47,526 nucleotides of DNA from assembly GCA_964388035.1 (NCBI GenBank), contig CAYLZE010000030.1:1-47526 (forward strand), in the 5' to 3' direction. The position numbers and the translations under genes were made by a program. Source of the stretch: an uncultured archaeon. GTDB lineage: Archaea > Asgardarchaeota > Lokiarchaeia > Sigyniarchaeales > SOKP01. Shown here in pieces: positions 45,816 to 47,526 of the stretch (positions are counted from its first letter, which is position 1; each line of letters starts with the position of its first letter). The notes below the pieces were generated by a model. That model had not been told where the DNA came from and ran no database searches. It saw only the letters and a list, made by a program, of their open reading frames with translations.

Positions 45816-47522
45816 TTATATTGAAGTTCTTACTCGCAAATGAGAGGCTCGATTAACAACAATATCAATTAATGTTGGTTTAACAGCCTTTAATCCCTTT
45901 TCCAGTGCAGGTCTTAATTCTTCAATCGTTTCTACTCGCGTCCCATCAATTCCAATGGCTTTTGCAATATTAGCAAAATTTGTCTCGGGGTATTCTGCTA
46001 TCGATCGACTCTTACGGGAAAAAAAGTCCCTCACGTTTCCCAAGCTAGAATTATTAAACACTATGTATAATAACGGTAAATTCAGGGCTTTTACTGTTTC
46101 AATCGCGTATAAAGTCATTAGCATCCCCCCATCTCCGACAATACTAAGCACTTTCCCATCTTTGTGCAATAATTGAGCAGCAATTGCAGCATTTGGACTC
46201 CATCCCATTCCTGCGGCACCCCCAGGTGCGATAACCTGTCGTTCTTTTTTTGATTTGAAAAGTGCGCAGAACCATATTCGATTATTTCCCGCATCTAATG
46301 TTATCAAATCATTCTCTCCAATAAGCTCATTTATTTCTTTAACCACTCTTTCGGGTTCAAGAGGTGTCTTGTCTGAACTAGAAAATTTATTAAAGAAAAA
46401 TTCCGTTTCAGGAGCATTTTTTATTGCTTTTAAACTTTCTATTCGCTTTTGAACATCGATGGAAGGATTTCTTGCTTTTATCGAATCAATGATACTCTTT
46501 AATGCTAACTTTGCATCTGACGTGACTCCTATGGTAGCCGGATAAGCCCATGCTGCATTTCGTGGATCTATATCGATGTGAATCAATTTTTGTTTACTCA
46601 CATCAATGAAATTTTTACTACAATTAAGAGTATTTTCCGGAGCCAATGCTGTGCCTACTGCTAAGATGGTATCAGCTTTTTGAATCATTTCTGTTGCAAG
46701 TTTCTGCCCTCGATTACCCATCACTCCTAATGCTAAATCATGAATCTCAGGTAAGCTGCTTTTTCCCATGTAAGAGGTCGCAACAGGCATTCCTAACAAT
46801 TCTGCCAGCTCTTTAACTTCTGTGTACGCTCTAGAAGAGTGAATTCCACGACCGCAGATCATGACGGGATTATTAGAATGAATTAATAAGTCAGCAATAT
46901 TATCAGCATCCGATTTTGTGATGCTCGGCGGGTGTACGTTTAATAATCCCTCCATCGGATAAATTGGAGCATCTAACGTAGAAAGATCCTCAATTACTCC
47001 TCCAAGGGAACTCAGTTTTGTGAGCACGCACGCAGGTCCAGGACGCCCTGAGACCGCATGTTTAATTGCATTCTGCACCCCATAAACCACATCAAGAGGG
47101 GCCGTTGCATAGGTTGTATATTTGGTCATTGACCGGAAAATCTCGGGAAGATTCACGGTTCCATAATCTCCCGTTCCACATTGATATGTAGCTTTTTGAC
47201 TCATGTTATCCCAGTCGGACACATCCGTGATGATTAGCATCGGAGTACCGGCAAAAAAGGATTCCATTATTCCAAATGCCCCATTAGAGCCAATCCACAC
47301 CCCTTGTCCCATAAGAAGGCCTGGCTTACCCGTTAAGCGCCCATACATGTCTGCCATTGCTGCTGCAGAACCCTCGTGCCGGGCGGTGATAAATTTTATT
47401 TTATCGCTCCTTTTATGACACCCTTCTATCATGAATTGGGTCACTCCGCCTGGAATTCCAAAAGCATGATCAATCCCAGCATCTATTATAATATCAGCCA
47501 CTAAATCTATTACTCTCGGCAT
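45816..47522 (-). CDS. Thiamine-diphosphate-dependent enzyme, acetolactate synthase-like family
   Basis: FGIPGG, RHEGSAA.MAD.Y.R.TG (catalytic Glu), GRPGP, IHIDID, GMG, GDGG...NN ThDP motif. Confidence 0.9.
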   Translation of the reverse strand: MPRVIDLVADIIIDAGIDHAFGIPGGVTQFMIEGCHKRSDKIKFITARHEGSAAAMADMYGRLTGKPGLLMGQGVWIGSNGAFGIMESFFAGTPMLIITDVSDWDNMSQKATYQCGTGDYGTVNLPEIFRSMTKYTTYATAPLDVVYGVQNAIKHAVSGRPGPACVLTKLSSLGGVIEDLSTLDAPIYPMEGLLNVHPPSITKSDADNIADLLIHSNNPVMICGRGIHSSRAYTEVKELAELLGMPVATSYMGKSSLPEIHDLALGVMGNRGQKLATEMIQKADTILAVGTALAPENTLNCSKNFIDVSKQKLIHIDIDPRNAAWAYPATIGVTSDAKLALKSIIDSIKARNPSIDVQKRIESLKAIKNAPETEFFFNKFSSSDKTPLEPERVVKEINELIGENDLITLDAGNNRIWFCALFKSKKERQVIAPGGAAGMGWSPNAAIAAQLLHKDGKVLSIVGDGGMLMTLYAIETVKALNLPLLYIVFNNSSLGNVRDFFSRKSRSIAEYPETNFANIAKAIGIDGTRVETIEELRPALEKGLKAVKPTLIDIVVNRASHLRVRTSI

Positions 47523-47526
47523 TTTT

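Noticed and set aside
1152-47418. The many 60-185 aa ORFs nested in or antisense to long genes (e.g. 31998-32555, 31269-31676, 36742-37101)
   Set aside because: No recognisable motifs; fully overlap well-supported CDSs; typical antisense frames.

Overview
AT-rich archaeal chromosomal window, very likely an Asgard archaeon of the Lokiarchaeia/Promethearchaeota. This is inferred from the conserved archaeal informational cluster (pus10-rpl21e-rpo4-DUF655-rsmA-hemK; rpl35ae) together with several eukaryotic-signature proteins: a Rab-like small GTPase, a roadblock/LC7 protein, an ESCRT-III (Snf7) subunit and a steadiness-box (ESCRT-I core-like) protein. About 38 genes are supported, including one partial gene at the left edge that the ORF track missed. 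The rest is anaerobic heterotrophic metabolism (GH127, GH57, two sugar-type MFS, AOR, M20 hydrolases, ceramidase-like, UxaA/SuyAB, ThDP enzyme, two URO-D-fold proteins). I see no rRNA, tRNA, CRISPR array or IS element. The main leads are: (1) a 679-aa protein with FYVE-like zinc fingers, coiled coil, PH/GRAM-like domain and a TSG101-like steadiness box, two genes from an ESCRT-III gene whose promoter carries three 21-bp direct repeats; (2) a decayed duplicate of the 3' end of the Rab gene; (3) a zinc-ribbon CAAX-protease homologue with degenerate catalytic motifs; (4) a nucleoside kinase with a C-terminal PIP-box-like motif; (5) a roadblock protein with a long acidic, motif-rich tail. All family calls come from motif recognition by eye; no database searches were run.
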